DNA from: Paraspadella gotoi
Lineage: Eukaryota > Animalia > Chaetognatha
Assembly: GCA_051294375.1 (NCBI GenBank)
Contig: CM119265.1
Span: 16,791,304 to 16,855,303, forward strand
Reading direction: 5' to 3'
Length of the DNA stretch: 64,000 nt
This document shows, piece by piece, positions 50,763-64,000 of this stretch. Within the stretch, counting starts at the first letter, position 1. Every line of letters starts with the position of its first letter. The position numbers were made by a program, and so were the translations under genes. Under the pieces are notes generated by a model. The model did no database searches. It saw only the letters and a list, made by a program, of their open reading frames with translations, and was not told the DNA's origin.

Positions 50763-52620
50763 GGAAAGGAAAGAGGGAATGAATGAATAACGAGACAGGT
50801 GAGGAAAGGGAAAGACGAAAAGAGAAGAGAGAAAAGAAAAACTATAACTTTAAGGAAATCTCGAATTTACCAATTAACTTATTGTTAACTTTACATTAAC
50901 ATACCCTTAATTATTAATCTTATTATTAAACTAATATTGAAATAACAGGTTTATTTATTTACAAACTTACAAATTATTACAAAACTAATAAATTCTCTGT
51001 AAATTCAAATTAATCGCTGTCAGGACTGCGAGGGCTTTGGGTCTGTTTCAGTAATAAACATTTCAACGATATACCTTTAAAATCATTAAGTAAGCAACAT
51101 GAAGGTATCACCAACAGTTTGGTGATGGGCTCGCGCCCTATACCTGGATATCTGGGATTAAAGAGCCGATAAATCCATGAAGGTATAGGTTCCTCAACTG
51201 ATGACCTTCCCATGTTATTAACATAAAAGATAAAAATATTCAAAAAAGGAAATAATTAAAAAATAGGATAAAAGAAAAAAATAAATTTTATCATTAAAGT
51301 ATTTTAAAATTATATTCATGACATAAAGGTGCCCACTATAGACCTTCCCCAGTTTATGTATCCTATCAGACATACCCCCCCCAATTCTAACATTGGTTCG
51401 TCTTATCCCTATTTGGGTAAAAAAAATCATATATAACGTTTGGTCCTTCAAAAATTATCCATTTCCCACCCCTTTCTGTTCAGCCCCTCTAGATATTATT
51501 GTTTTTCATTAAGACTTTTCTAACAGAAATGATGTGTGATATCTATTAGAAAACTAGGACAGATAGTAATCTAAACCTTGTGTTGTATAGATGCTCCCTT
51601 ATTTCCAGAAGACAACCACTTGAACTTTCCCACTTCCCAAATGTTGTATGTATTAGATAAATAAAACATTTTTAAAAAAGAAAGCCAATATATGTTTGAA
51701 ATAAATAATATAGATTAATACCTAAATCCTTCATAAAAATATTTAAAATATCTAAAATAGAAAATAATAAAAATAGTGGTGAAACAAGTAATTGCAAAAT
51801 TTTCAATAAGATAAGTGTTCGACGATCTCCGCTGTGAAATTCAAGAAAATTTTTATAAAATTTTTTTTTTTCATTGTTATTGTCTTGTCAAATATTTCTC
51901 ACTTTTTTTCTTTCCAACTATTCCAAAATTTTTCACATTTTTCATCGCGTTAGTTTTCCAATTTTCCCTTTTTTTTCTTTTCCTTTTCTTTCCTCCTTTT
52001 TTTTCCTCTCTCGCAAACACGCTCCTCTTTTTTACCCTCTCTTCCTCCAATTTTCGCGGTATTTAAAACGAAACCACGCTTTATTCGCACCTAAAAAAAT
52101 ATTAAAAATCGCGATTTGAGGAGAGAGAGAGAGACTAGAGAGATGATGAGAGAGAGAGAGAAGAGGAGAGAGCACGGCGGAAGAGAGAGAGACGGGAGAG
52201 GAGAGAGGAGGAGAGCAGAGAGAGAGAGGGATTAAACGAAGAGAATAAAAGAAGTAATCCCCTCGTTCCCCTTTTAAATCATAAACCGGGAGGGTTACGG
52301 GTAAAAGAGAAGGGGTGAGGGCAATGAAGATGGGAGGGGACTGGATTGGGGGGGAGACGAGAGGGGAGCCAGCGGGGGTGGGTGGTAGACGAAAGGGGGA
52401 TAAAAGTAGAAAGGGTGGACAGATTTTGAAAAAGTTCGCGATCTTAGAGTTTTTGTTGTAGGCAGCGGCATTCACACACTTATCGCTTGTTGCATCTGTC
52501 GCTGTTTCTAATTCTTTATCGTTTGGTTATCGAAGATCGAATCTTCTCGTTTCTTTACTTCTGAAACCCGAATCTATTTTCTATAACGTGAGTGAATTTA
52601 CTGACAATAGTTTATTAGAT

Positions 52621-52923
52621 AATTAAACAAAAAAGAAAAAAAATGAAGGTGGAAAAACATGTTTAAAATGATATTATTAAATTGAAATTTCTTCGCGCGT
52701 TTGACATTCAGTTCAGATACAAGACTTTATTGCCGTCACCATCGAAAAAATAAAATATAATTGATAATTGATAAAAGATAATTGACCGTTGAAAAAATTA
52801 AACAAAAAAGAAAAAAATAAATGTGGAAAATATGTTTAAAATGATATTATAAAATTGAAATTTCTTGGCGCGTTTGACATTCAGTTCAGATACAATACTT
52901 TATTGCCGTCAACGTCAAAAAAA
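52621..52923 (+). repeat. Local diverged direct repeat: two ~130-bp units with a 175-bp period (also 31470-31777)
   Basis: aattaaacaaaaaag...tgtttaaaatgatattat...gcgcgtttgacattcagttcagatacaa(g/t)actttattgccgtca at 52621 and 52796. Confidence 0.92.
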
Positions 52924-52930
52924 GCGCGTG

Positions 52931-52990
52931 AATTTCAGTTGAAAGAATCGTGATCATCGAGCGGTGAGCGGTGAGCGGTGAGCGGAGCGC
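52931..52990 (+). promoter_or_regulatory. Candidate arthropod-type core promoter: TCAGTT Initiator-like motif plus (GAGCGGT)n array (also 31791-31853)
   Basis: TCAGTT at 52935-52940 matches the TCAKTY Inr consensus and is followed by cgagcggtgagcggtgagcggtgagcggagcg. Motif match only. Confidence 0.25.
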
Positions 52991-53137
52991 GATACTCATC
53001 CGTTCACCCGATTTCGGGTTCCATCTGCCGCTAAGATTCTTATCGCTCGGAAAAAAAATTGGGGAACCTAATAATAAAAACTTCCTTTTTTTCTTTCCTT
53101 TATTTATTTTTATTCATCGGGCGACATGAAGTGACAG

Positions 53138-53206
<69 letters not shown>

Positions 53207-56200
53207 TAAAATAAAAACTTATGCACGTAGCGACGCGACAATGAATAGAGCTTTTATTCTCATTTTATTTTTTTTTTAATATCTTTTAACCTAAAAATTT
53301 CTTTAATTTAAACTTAGTCTTTGTTACTGATCAATCAAAATTCTTTTAATAATTCTAGCAAAAAGGTTGCTTCTTGTAAAAAGTTTAATCTTTATACGTT
53401 TATAGTACAATTAAACTCTTTAGTTTAGTTTTACCTTTTGATTTAGAAAAATTTGAATAATAATTTTTTACCATAATAACAATAATTCTACTAATACGTA
53501 TATTTCAATAAATATGCTAATGTATTTCAATAAAAAGATTAGTAAAAAGGATTAACAAAAAAAGAAAGTTTCTGAGAGTAAAAACTTTCCTTGGCGTCTG
53601 GGATTTAAAAAAGGAATCAAAAGAAATGAACGAGAAAGAAAATAAAGAATAAAAAAAGAAAATGGCCGAGATGTGAAGTATAGCTTATGGCAAACAACAA
53701 AGGATTAACCCGAGGAAAGTTGAATGGCATCTCGGAAGGAATCGAAGGCCAATTAAAGCGGCTTTTGTCGAGATGGAAAAAGGTTTAAGTGCATCGTTTT
53801 TTTTATTATTCTCTCTCTCTCTCTCTCTTTCTTTCTCTCTATCTCTCTCTCTCTCTCTCTCGCCAATCGGAGCCACGAAGAAAATAAGAGGGAATGGAAA
53901 TCTAAGAAGAATAATAGTAAGAACCACCGGTGGCTTCGGTGGAAAACGTAAAACGCAAGAAAACTTCGTTTATTTGTAAATATTAAATTAAAACGATCAA
54001 ACGATCTTGATTTTCTGATACATAATTATTAGTGATGGATTAATAATTAAATCAACGAATTCTTTCTTCAAAAGTCTCTAAAGACTCGTTCCTCATTATG
54101 ACACTACAATTAATAAAATAAATAATTTATTTTAAAAAAAAACCTAATCCTACGCTGTTTCGCTACCGCCAGTCTCTCTCTCAATACTCCGAAGAAGAAA
54201 GGGGAGAAATAAAAGCGGGAATAAAAAGGGAATAATAAAACGGGAGCCGAGCTTATATCGCCCTCCTTTAGGGGGGGGGGAGAAAGAAAGAGGAATAAGG
54301 AATTTTATCGAGCGGGAAAAAACATAAGTGCAATTCTTGTTTTCTAGTTTCTTCGGCAAATGTGCGCAATAGAAGAAACACGATTCGAATTGGATGAGGA
54401 GGAGGAGGANNNNNNNNNNNNNNNNNNNNNNNNNGAGAGGAGGAGGAGGAGATGAGAATAAAAACAGCCTCAAGAGGAAGAGAAGCGGATACGACGGCGG
54501 GTGGGGGGTTTGAGTGGGGAAGGAGAGGGGAGGGGGCCAGGGAATGGAATCTGAAATTAGTAAAAATTCCGTGCCTGGATCATAAACTTGGATCATAAAC
54601 ACGAAAAAGTCGCTCAATAACCAGTTTGCGGCGTTTTTGCGGAAAAAAAAAAGAACGTGCATTGTGCTCGGCATTCGGTCGCGCGTTGTCATAGCGCGGT
54701 ATAACTTTGAGGTTTTATCGCCGATAACTTGCAGTGAGACGTTTGATAACTTCAAGTGTGGACGTCGGAGGGAGTCGCATCACCAACGAGTAACGCGGGG
54801 GAGAAGAAAAGTGGAAATGAAAAAAAAAGGAATTGGAGCAAAAAAAAAAAATGTTGAAATCTTTTAAAAGTTGTCGCGGAAACTTAGTGAGTAGCGAGGA
54901 ACGGAAACGTGGAAAGGAGAAAAGGGGAAAGTTGAACGGAAGAAAGTGAGAGAAAGATGAGTAGAGAGAGAGAGGAGAGAGAAGAGAGAGAGAAGAGAGA
55001 TGAGAGAGGAGAGAGAGAGAGTAGAGGGAGATAGAGAGGAGAGAGAGAGCCACCTTTCTTCTCATTACCGATGGCGACGATTCACAAGGATTCACGCCAG
55101 CGAAAGATGGCGTCACGTGAAACACGACGCGTCGCCCGAATTCAGAGAGTGATAAAGAGGAAAACGGAAGTGAAAGGAGAGATGAATAGAGGGTGAAAAC
55201 AAGATAGTATGTGAGGCGAAGGTAGGTCAGAACGGGAGTGGCGAATTGGATTAGCGAATGAACTCTTCGAGTTGTTGCTAAAAAGATGAAAAAAAGAAAA
55301 CGGAGACTTTGAAAACACCCACTGCGAGTTTAAAATGAAAAGTATTTACAAATTGCCCATGATGACCAATTTTAGGCACATCTCGGGCAACAAATAATTA
55401 ATATGGCTCAGTGCTCACCTTGTGAGTCGTCGCCCTAAATTTTGGCGGACGGAGTTAGGTAATGTTTGGTACAAGTTGTGCATAAGGTTGGAGTGAGTGA
55501 GATCGGAACGGGCATCGGGATGCGGGTTGCAGTTAGGGGAGCGTTGAAATGAAAAAGGGATAAAATGTGATTGAGGATTGCTCTCGAAAGAAAAAGGGAA
55601 AAGAAGGGGAAGGGGAAAGGGAAGGGGAAGTGGGAAGAGAAGGGGAAGGGGAAGAGAAGGGGAAGAGAAGGGGAAGGGGAAAGAGAAGGGGAAGGGGGAA
55701 GGGAAGGACTAAGGGATGAATATAAATTATCCGCAAAAAATGCGTCTTCAAGTTTTGTCTCGCGGCCCTGAAGATGAAGCCATAATAATTCGTGTCCCCA
55801 AAAAAGTTACTCTCGAGAAAAATAAAACGAGGAAACTTTGTTGGTCGTTGCCCTTTTCAAGATAAAAAAAAACTCCTAATCGTCGCGGTGACACAGATAT
55901 CGACTACGATCGACAACAAAGCAATGAGTAGTGACAAAGAGCCACTCCCGCGCTGAGGTCGTCTCGATGGCCGATGACCAGCCTTTCTTTTCTCGTCCGC
56001 GCGATCAAAGTCTTTCGCGCCACTAACCCCGCGCGGATTTCTGATGAGACGCAAATCTCAACGATCGCATTTTCTTGTGCGCATACTCAACCGCTTTTAT
56101 ACGGCGCGATTCACTTTCATGCATTTAAATTCGTCGAAGTTTTTTTTTTTCCCGACTTCTCGTCCGGTCGGAAGTTCGTTTTACGCCGTGTAACGACGCC

Positions 56201-56221
56201 AACTTTTATTTCTCTCCTTCC

Positions 56222-56293
<72 letters not shown>

Positions 56294-56501
56294 CTCCTTT
56301 CTTTTCTTTTTAATTGTCCTGTTCCAAAACGCGAATTCTGAATAACTAGTTCCACTCCATTTTCTTCTTTTAATGAACTTCATGAACTCTCATCGAGCTA
56401 GTTAACACACACTCACTCTCTCCCTTTCTCTCTTCTTCCTCGAATATCTTTCATTACGCTCTTTACACGAGAGAGCTTAAAATTTAGCTCGTTCTTTTAT
56501 T

Positions 56502-56576
<75 letters not shown>

Positions 56577-58706
56577 TCTCTCCCCACTCAAAACTCTAAC
56601 CGAGAAGTAGTTGCCGGCATTATAACCAGATAATTCTGGAAATAATTTTTTTTTGCCCAAGTAACTCGGAGATTGTGGGCGAAAGTGCTCCCTGCTGGTC
56701 CTCTCTGTCCCTCTCCCCTCAAATGTATAAAGGAGGGACAAAAGATGAAGTTAGGAGATGCAGGGAAGATGCATTGGGAAGCGGGGGTTGCGGTGAAAGG
56801 CGCCAAAGTAGATATAATATTTAATAAAGAATCCATTTGATTGGCGATGAATATTCGGCTTTTCGTTCTTCTGGAATTCGATAGAGAGATTTTTTTTTTT
56901 CTCGAAGGAAGTTGCTCGGTGTGATAAATGTGGAATAATTTTCCGGCTAGATTAAAGCGTAAAAGAAAAAAAAAAGGCAAAACCTATTACCAGAAACACG
57001 GGGAGGGACGAGTCGAGAGAAGAGAGAGAGAGAGAGAAGGAGACGAGCAGAGAGAGAGAGAGAGGAGAGGAGAGAGAGAGAGAGAGGGAATTTTGAAAGG
57101 ATCGCCGGTGTTTGGATTATTAAGAGAGAAGGAAACCATTTTTTATATATGCGTAAAAGATGTTTAAGTAGCCACAGGACAGCGAGGAGAAAAAAAGGCG
57201 AGAGAAAGGGCTTGGCTAAAAACTAAAATAAATATCCGCAGATTTTTATCATTTTTTTTTAGTGCCCGAAAAAACAAAAAAAAAAATTTCACTTTCAATT
57301 TTTCTCACAATAAATATCAAAAGTTCCAAAACGGGGAAAGATCGGGTCGGCAGAGAACCAAAGCATCGTATTGTTTTTAAAAAAACAACAAAATGTTACA
57401 ATTTTTTATAGTTTAATTTTTTTTTAATTTCCATTTGTCTTTTTCTGCAGAAGGCAATTACGGAGCAAAGACTCTCCGATTTGTAAAGGAATCCTGACGT
57501 CAATCATTCTGTACGTGATTCTTTGTACTTTTTTAAGTGCTCAAACTTTGAGAGAGAGAAGAGAATGGAGAGAGGAGAGAGAGAGAGAGAGACGGACGAG
57601 AGAGAGAGAGAGAGAGAGAATAGTTTCTTATACAAACAATTCACCTTCAAAAAATTTTCGGGGAATAAGAAGATCAACCCGAAATTGTTTTCTTCAAGAG
57701 TAAACTTTGAAATCGATTCTTAAGTCATCTCCTCCCCAACTCCCTTTTTTCTTTCGACCTTAAACCCGTCTATGTATTCTATTTTTCTCAACCCTTTTAA
57801 TTATTTTGTTCTATTATTTTCTTGGAGCATTTAAACAAACGCTATATAAGGAAAGGGCATTTCCTGTTGTATTCTTTTCATCTCGGTATTAAAATATATT
57901 TCTTTCTTGTACTTGTACCTATTTGTTATCGTCATGTAAAAAATCACTTTATATCATCCCTTCGTCTTTATCTATCTCTTATCATCTCCCCCTCTTTTTC
58001 CCTTCACCCTTCCCTCTCCCTTCCCCTCTGAGTGGAGATCGGTTCCCTTCCCCGGCTGCTGCCCTCGGGGTCTCGGCTGCGTGCCTTTCCCTATTATTAT
58101 TTTTTTTTTTAAAGATTGATTTTATTTACTCTTTCTTTCGTGTATTTAACTCGCGTAGGAAGAGGAAGAGCAAAAGACGGGATTGAAAAAACAAAATAAA
58201 AGAAATTTCCTTGGCATCTTCGTTATCACTGGCGTGAAAAGGAAAAAAGTGGGTTTTTAAGTCTCGTCTCACGTGAATTCTCAGGGTCGCGGAGAGAGAA
58301 ATCACGAAGGAATGAGAAAAGAGCAAAAAAATAAGCAAAAAAAAAGGAAAATTTGTCGAATGCCAAAAATGGAATCCGTGTCGGAAGTTTCTTACCTTTT
58401 CTTCGTTTCCGTCTGACTTTTTCAAAGGCCGTAATAAATTATAAGACGTTTGAGGTTAAGAAAACTTGAAAAATGAAAAAACAAAATGTCAAGGCGTCAA
58501 AAAAAAACAAGGAAGGAGGAAAACAATTTTGTTAAGGATCAAAGTGTTTTCTTTTCAACCGACGACGACTTTTGATCCTAATCGGAATCTTTCCTCTCGG
58601 GTTCCCTTAATTTTTTTGTTCTTTTAATTTATTCCGTGCCTTATCTTTTTTATTTTGTCGCAAAGTCCGCATAATGACACAAACGTCTCTCTCTCTCTCT
58701 CTCTCT

Positions 58707-58769
<63 letters not shown>

Positions 58770-59018
58770 GTCTTTGCCTCGGAAAGGGGAGTGAGATTCT
58801 CGAAGAACGACGCGAAGATGGGCGATTGTTCTGTTGTTTCTTTTTTTCGCCGCTGGATGTCGCCCGCAGCTTGCGTTGTTTCCGAGAAAACGGCGAAAAA
58901 ACAGAGATGAAAATTCGATTGCCGGAAAAAGCGGAAAGACGGAAAAATAAAAAGACAGTCAGAATATATAATAAGGCAGGCCATTATATTTTACATTAGC
59001 ATTACGTACATAGCACTC

Positions 59019-59413
59019 GGGAATGGAATCTGAAATTAAGTGAAAATTCCGTCCTGGGATCATAAACTTGGATCATAAACACGAAAAGTCGCTCAATAAC
59101 AGTTTCGCGTTTGGGGAAAAAAAAAGAAGCGTGCATTGTGCTCGGCTTCGGTCGCGCGTTGTCATACGCGGTATAACTTGAGGTTTTTCGCCGATAACTT
59201 CAGTGAGACGTTGATAACTTCAAGTGTGACGTCGGAGGAGTCGCATCACCGAACGAGTAACGCGGGGGAGAAAAAAAGTGGAAAGAAAAAAAAAAGGAAT
59301 TGGAGCAAAAAAATGGTTGAATCTTTTAAAAGTGTCGCGGAAACTTGTGAGTAGCGAGGAGACGGAAACGTGGAAAGGAGAAAAAGGGGAAAGTGACAAA
59401 AACGTTGAAGGAA

Positions 59414-59450
<37 letters not shown>

Positions 59451-60935
59451 AGATGAGAGAGGAGAGAGAGAGAGAGAGAGCCACCTTGTCTTCTCATTAC
59501 CGATGCGACGATTCACAAGGATTCACGCCAGCGAAGATGGCGTCACGTGAAAACACGACGCGTCGCCCGAATCAGAGAGTGAAAGAGGAAAACGGAAGTG
59601 AAAGGAGAGTGAATAGAGGGTGAAACAAGATTGTATAGTGAGGCGAAGGGAGTGTCAGACGGGAGTGGCGAATTGGATTAGCGAATGAACTCTTCGAGAT
59701 TGTTGCTAAAAGATGAAAAAAGAAACGGGACTTGAAAACACCCACTGCGATTAAAATGAAAAGTTTTACAAATTGCCCATTATGACCAATTTTAGCCATC
59801 TCGGGCAACAAAAAAAATATGGCTCAGTGGCTCACCTTGGAGTCTCGCCCTAAATTTTGGGCGGACGAGTTAGTAATTTGGTACTAAAGTTTGCATAATG
59901 TTGGAGTGAGTGAGGATCGGAACGGGCATCGGGATGCGGGTTGCAGTTAGGGGAGCGTTGAAATGAAAAAGGGATAAAATGTGATTGAGGATTGAGTTGA
60001 AAAGAAAAGGAAAAAAGAAGGGGAAGGGTAAAGGGAAGGGGAAGGGGAAAGAGAAGGGGAAGGGGAAAGAGAAGGGGAAGGGGAAGGGGAAGGACTAAGG
60101 GATGAATATAAATTATTCCGCAAAAATGGTCTTCAAGTTTTGTCTCGCGGCCCTGAAGATGAAAGCCAAATAATTCGTGTCCCAAAAAAGTTACTCTCGA
60201 GAAAAATAAAACGAGAAACTTGTTGGTCGTTGCCCTTTATCAAGATAAAAAAAACTCCTAATCGTCGCGGTTGGACACAGATATCGACTACGATCGACTA
60301 ATATACTAGAAGCAATGAGTCGTGACAAAGAAAGCCATCTCCCGCCGCTGAGGTCGTCTCGATGGCCGATGGACCATTTCCTTTCTTTCTCGTCCGCGCG
60401 ATCAAAGTCTTTCGGCGCCATCAACGCCCGCATTTCTATGAGCGCAAATCTCAACGATCGCATTTCCTTGTGCGCAACTCAACCGCTTTATACGCGCGAT
60501 TCACTTCATGCATTTAAATTCGTCGAAGTTTTTTTTTTTCCCCGATTCTTCTCGTCCGGTCGGAGTTCGTTTTACGACCGTGTAACGACGCCACTTTTAT
60601 TTCTCNNNNNNNNNNNNNNNNNNNNNNNNNNNNNNNNNNNNNNNNNNNNNNNNNNNNNNNNNNNNNNNNNNNNNNNNNNNNNNNNNNNNNNNNNNNNNNN
60701 NNNNNNNNNNNNNNNNNNNNNNNNNNNNNNNNNNNNNNNNNNNNNNNNNNNNNNNNNNNNNNNNNNCTTTTCCTTTTTAAATTGTCCTGTCAAAACGCGA
60801 AAAAATCTGAATAACCATTTCCACTCCATTTTCTTCTTTTAATGAACTTCATGAATTTATTTCGAGCTAGGTTAACACACACTCACTCTCTCCCTTTCTC
60901 TCTTCTTCCTCGAATATCTTTCTCATACGCTCTTA
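59019..60935 (+). repeat. Copy 4, equivalent to ~33517-35483 and ~54540-56463
   Basis: 59019 gggaatggaatctgaaattaagtgaaaattccg matches 54540 gggaatggaatctgaaattagtaaaaattccg. Ends at the 25-N gap 60936-60960. Confidence 0.95.
60003..60095. repeat. Polypurine (GGGGAA/GAAGG)-type low-complexity tract (also 34552-34672 and 55586-55708)
   Basis: gaaggggaaggggaaagagaaggggaagggg. Confidence 0.85.
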
Positions 60936-60960
60936 NNNNNNNNNNNNNNNNNNNNNNNNN

Positions 60961-61187
60961 AAAGACGGGAGTCAAAGAGGAGAAGGAGAGGAGGAAGGTG
61001 TGAGGGTGGAGAAAAAGTGAAGAGGAAGGAGGGAGAAGGAGGGAGAATGGGAGAGGAGGAGAAAAAGGCTGAAGGGAAGGAAATAAAAAGAAAATAAGGA
61101 AAAAAAAGAAGAAGGGAATAAAAAAGACGTTGGGAGAGAAAAAAAAGAAGGGAGAAAAAAATTGAGTTTGAGAAATTTTTTGAGCGG

Positions 61188-61218
<31 letters not shown>

Positions 61219-62150
61219 AAAAAAAAAAAAGGAAAAAAAAAAAAAAAAAAAAAAAAGGAAGAGGAAGGGGAAAGAGAAGTGGAAGAAAAGAGGTGGGGGG
61301 AGAAAGAAAAGGGGCGGGAAGGGGAAGAAGAGAGAGGGAGGAGGAAGGAGGAAGGGGAAAAGGAGAGGAAAGAGGAAAGGAGGAAGGGGGGAGAAGGGAA
61401 GAGGGAGGAGAGAGGGGAAAGACGGAAGGAAGGATAGAGGGGTGGGGAGGAGGGGGGAAAAAAGGAGAGGAGGAGGGAGAAGGAAGGAAGATGAAGGAAA
61501 AAAGAGAGGGGGGAGGAAAAGGGAAGGAAGGAAGGGGGGGAAGGGGAGGGAGGGGGAAGGGGGGAAAAGGAGAGGATGACGAAAAAAAATGGAAAGAGGG
61601 GGGAAAAGAAGAAAAGAAAAGAGGGAAGGAGGAAGAGAAAGGAAGGGACAAGAAGAAAAGAAAGAAGAGAAAGAGAGGAGAGAGAGAGAGAGGAAAGAAA
61701 GGGAGAGGAAGAGGGGGAAAGGGGGAAGAGAAAGCAGGGAAGAAGGAGGAAAGAGAGAGAGGGGGGAAAGAAAGAAAAGGGGGAAGGGGGGAGAAAGGGA
61801 GGGGGAAGGGGAGAGGGGGGTAGAAAGGGGAGATATGAGGGGGAAAAAAAAGAGGGAAGGAGACAAAAGGGAAAGAGGGGAAAAGAAGGGGAAAAGAGAA
61901 AAAGAAGGAATAAAACAAAGAGAAAAGAAAGAGAAGAAAGGAAGGAGAGACGAAGAAGGGAGGACAGGAAGACACGGCAGCCAGGCGCCCCCCCGCGCCC
62001 CCTTTTCCTTCCACACACTGCCTTATATAATTGAAAAAATTTCTTGAAAGAAGATTTTTCGGAAAGAAATTTTTGAAAAAAAAAAAAAAAAAAAAAAGAA
62101 AAAAAAGCAAAAAAAAAAAACAACCCCCAAACCTCCCCCCCCAATTCAAA
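60961..62150. other. ~1.2 kb aperiodic G/A-rich low-complexity tract, probably low-quality read sequence
   Basis: Almost entirely purines on + with no stable unit and long A runs. Directly follows a 25-N gap and does not match the continuation seen in copies 1 and 3. Confidence 0.7.
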
Positions 62151-62315
62151 TTATATATATGATTGAAATAGTAAGTATAAAGATTAAAGGTGAGGAAGTA
62201 AAGTAAGTTAATTGCTGCGGTAGCGTTCGTCGTAAATATCCGTTGAAAAATTTCCAGTTGAAAAGAGCTAAACTATTATAATACACGTGTTGTGATTAGC
62301 TTGGCCCTTGCCCAT

Positions 62316-62424
<109 letters not shown>

Positions 62425-63139
62425 ATAGGAAAAATCAGAGATAAAGCTGTTTTAAGGAATTTGAAAAATCTATACCCGGGTTGGTGTGAGCCTCGCCCCG
62501 ACGAATTAAAGGGTTGAGGGGAAAAGTGTCAGGGCGGAAAAGAGCAGAACTTAGAAGGAGGGTAAGGTCAGATAGGAAAGGAGGGGCTTGAGGACGCCTC
62601 ATTTCACCTCGCGGGCTTACGATCAGATAAAAAAACCTTTCAGCTCCGATGGACCGGGAATCTCCCTGTAACTTGATTCCGCGAAAGGGGAGAAGGCACG
62701 ATAAGAGAACGGGGCAGCGATACACGCGAAGCCGGGCAGAATGGGCGTCCGATCGGAGAGGGGGGAGGGCGGGTGGGAGTTGGACCGTAAAGGCTAAAAC
62801 GGGTTAAGGTTGTTCGGAGGGTTTAAAGGGATTGAGAGATGTGTGAACTCGCGGACATGCCTGGCCCGCGCCTGACTGAATGATAAATAGTATGAGTTTT
62901 GGGATACTTTACGAAGAGGAAATTGGCGGTTTAAAAGAAGGAGGATAAGCCGGGAGGGGAAAGTAGTTTTAAAAAATAGTTCGTTTGCATTGTTTTGACC
63001 ATAAATTCGTTTTAAAAAAAATCTTAAAAGCATTAAGGGAATCCGACCTACTTTGGATGTAACCAAATATTGATTTTCATGATAACCAAATATTTGAATC
63101 GATGTATAACACAATTAATTGGATGCATGATAATATAAA

Positions 63140-63275
63140 TAACTGATTGGATGATTAATCAAATGATTGATGCGATGATAGTCATTCATTATTTAATATA
63201 ATCATTCATTGATATGTGATGTAATCATTTCATTGATCATGATATCATTTCATTGACGCGATGAGTCATTCATCT
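63140..63275. repeat. Degenerate ~20-25 bp tandem repeat (tcattcattgat...gatga)
   Basis: Recurrent tcattcatt/tcatttcattga and tgatgcgatga/tgacgcgatga words. Confidence 0.6.
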
Positions 63276-63868
63276 GTAAAATAAAACAAACCAGCGGGTA
63301 TATGAAATGAAACGAGAAGGAGTAAGAGAGAGCAGAGGGAGGATGAGAGGGGAGGAGAGAGACAGAGAAGGGAGGAGAGAAAGAGGAGAGAGAAAGAGTG
63401 AGAGAGGCTGCAGTCAGTTTTCCACTCTCGTTTATATAAAGTATAATCAGAAGCTGACCGCCTGCAGAGCTGAACTCGTTTTTTCGACACCTATCTGAGA
63501 GTAGGGACGAACTCTTTTCCTTTCTATGAATGAAATTTAGATTGGTTCTTTTTTTTTAAGTAAGAAACCATACCGAGGTCAAATTTCATATTTGCAAATA
63601 TTTAACTAATTTATTAAATATTTATCCCAACTCAAATAATTATTTATTTTAAAAAGAATAAAAATGATTAAATAATTACACTAAAAAATTACAATTTTTA
63701 AATTGTAAAAATTATCTTAGAATAAACAAAAAAAGTAATGTTTAATGTTGACAAATATCCTGCTTCCTCAACTTTCTATTTTAGATATAATGTGCCAATA
63801 GTGGCCGACCGGGTCCAGAAGTTACAGTAATAAACAAAAACAAAAAATTTTTTTGTTAGAAAGGATCT

Positions 63869-63938
63869 TTGAACGTTGACGTTCTGAAACATATTTGGTT
63901 AGAAGTTGAACGTTGAACCTTCTTGAAACATTATTTTT
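63869..63938 (+). repeat. Short imperfect direct repeat, two units
   Basis: ttgaacgttgacgttctgaaacatattt versus ttgaacgttgaaccttcttgaaacattattt. Confidence 0.65.
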
Positions 63939-64000
63939 TTTTAATGTTTCTTATGAATAGCATAACATTTATTAATTGATTTAAACGTTTATTTTTATAG

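Noticed and set aside
60315-60605. ORF MSRDKESHLPPLRSSRWPMDHF...
   Set aside because: No recognisable family; the frame differs among three copies and runs into a (CT)n tract
60883-62149. Overlapping 377-408 aa ORFs, the longest in the window
   Set aside because: Open in all three minus frames only because a polypyrimidine strand lacks stop codons; the products are F/L/S/P-dominated

Overview
Non-coding eukaryotic draft-assembly sequence, probably from an invertebrate animal: CpG is not depleted and (GA)n, (CTTT)n, (GAC)n and (GAG)n microsatellites are dense. It contains 23 N-gaps. I recognise no protein-coding gene, RNA gene, CRISPR array or intact transposon; the long ORFs are microsatellite- or gap-derived. 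The dominant structure is redundancy. A ~4.4 kb inverted duplication spans 1-4370 and 5366-9347. A ~17 kb block (19560-36700) recurs as 36701-44019, 44045-57689 and 59019-60935. Copies differ mostly by 1-nt indels, and each duplication begins at, or is first carried by sequence following, one of six gaps of exactly 25 N. This points to long-read gap-filling artefact rather than biology, and roughly 27-30 kb of the window is redundant or junk. Signals that look real are a perfect 33-bp minisatellite, a diverged 175-bp duplication next to an Initiator-like motif and a (GAGCGGT)n array, several palindromes and hairpins, and small clusters of transcription-factor-like motifs. These fit a regulatory intron or gene desert. 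I found no supportable novel biological system.
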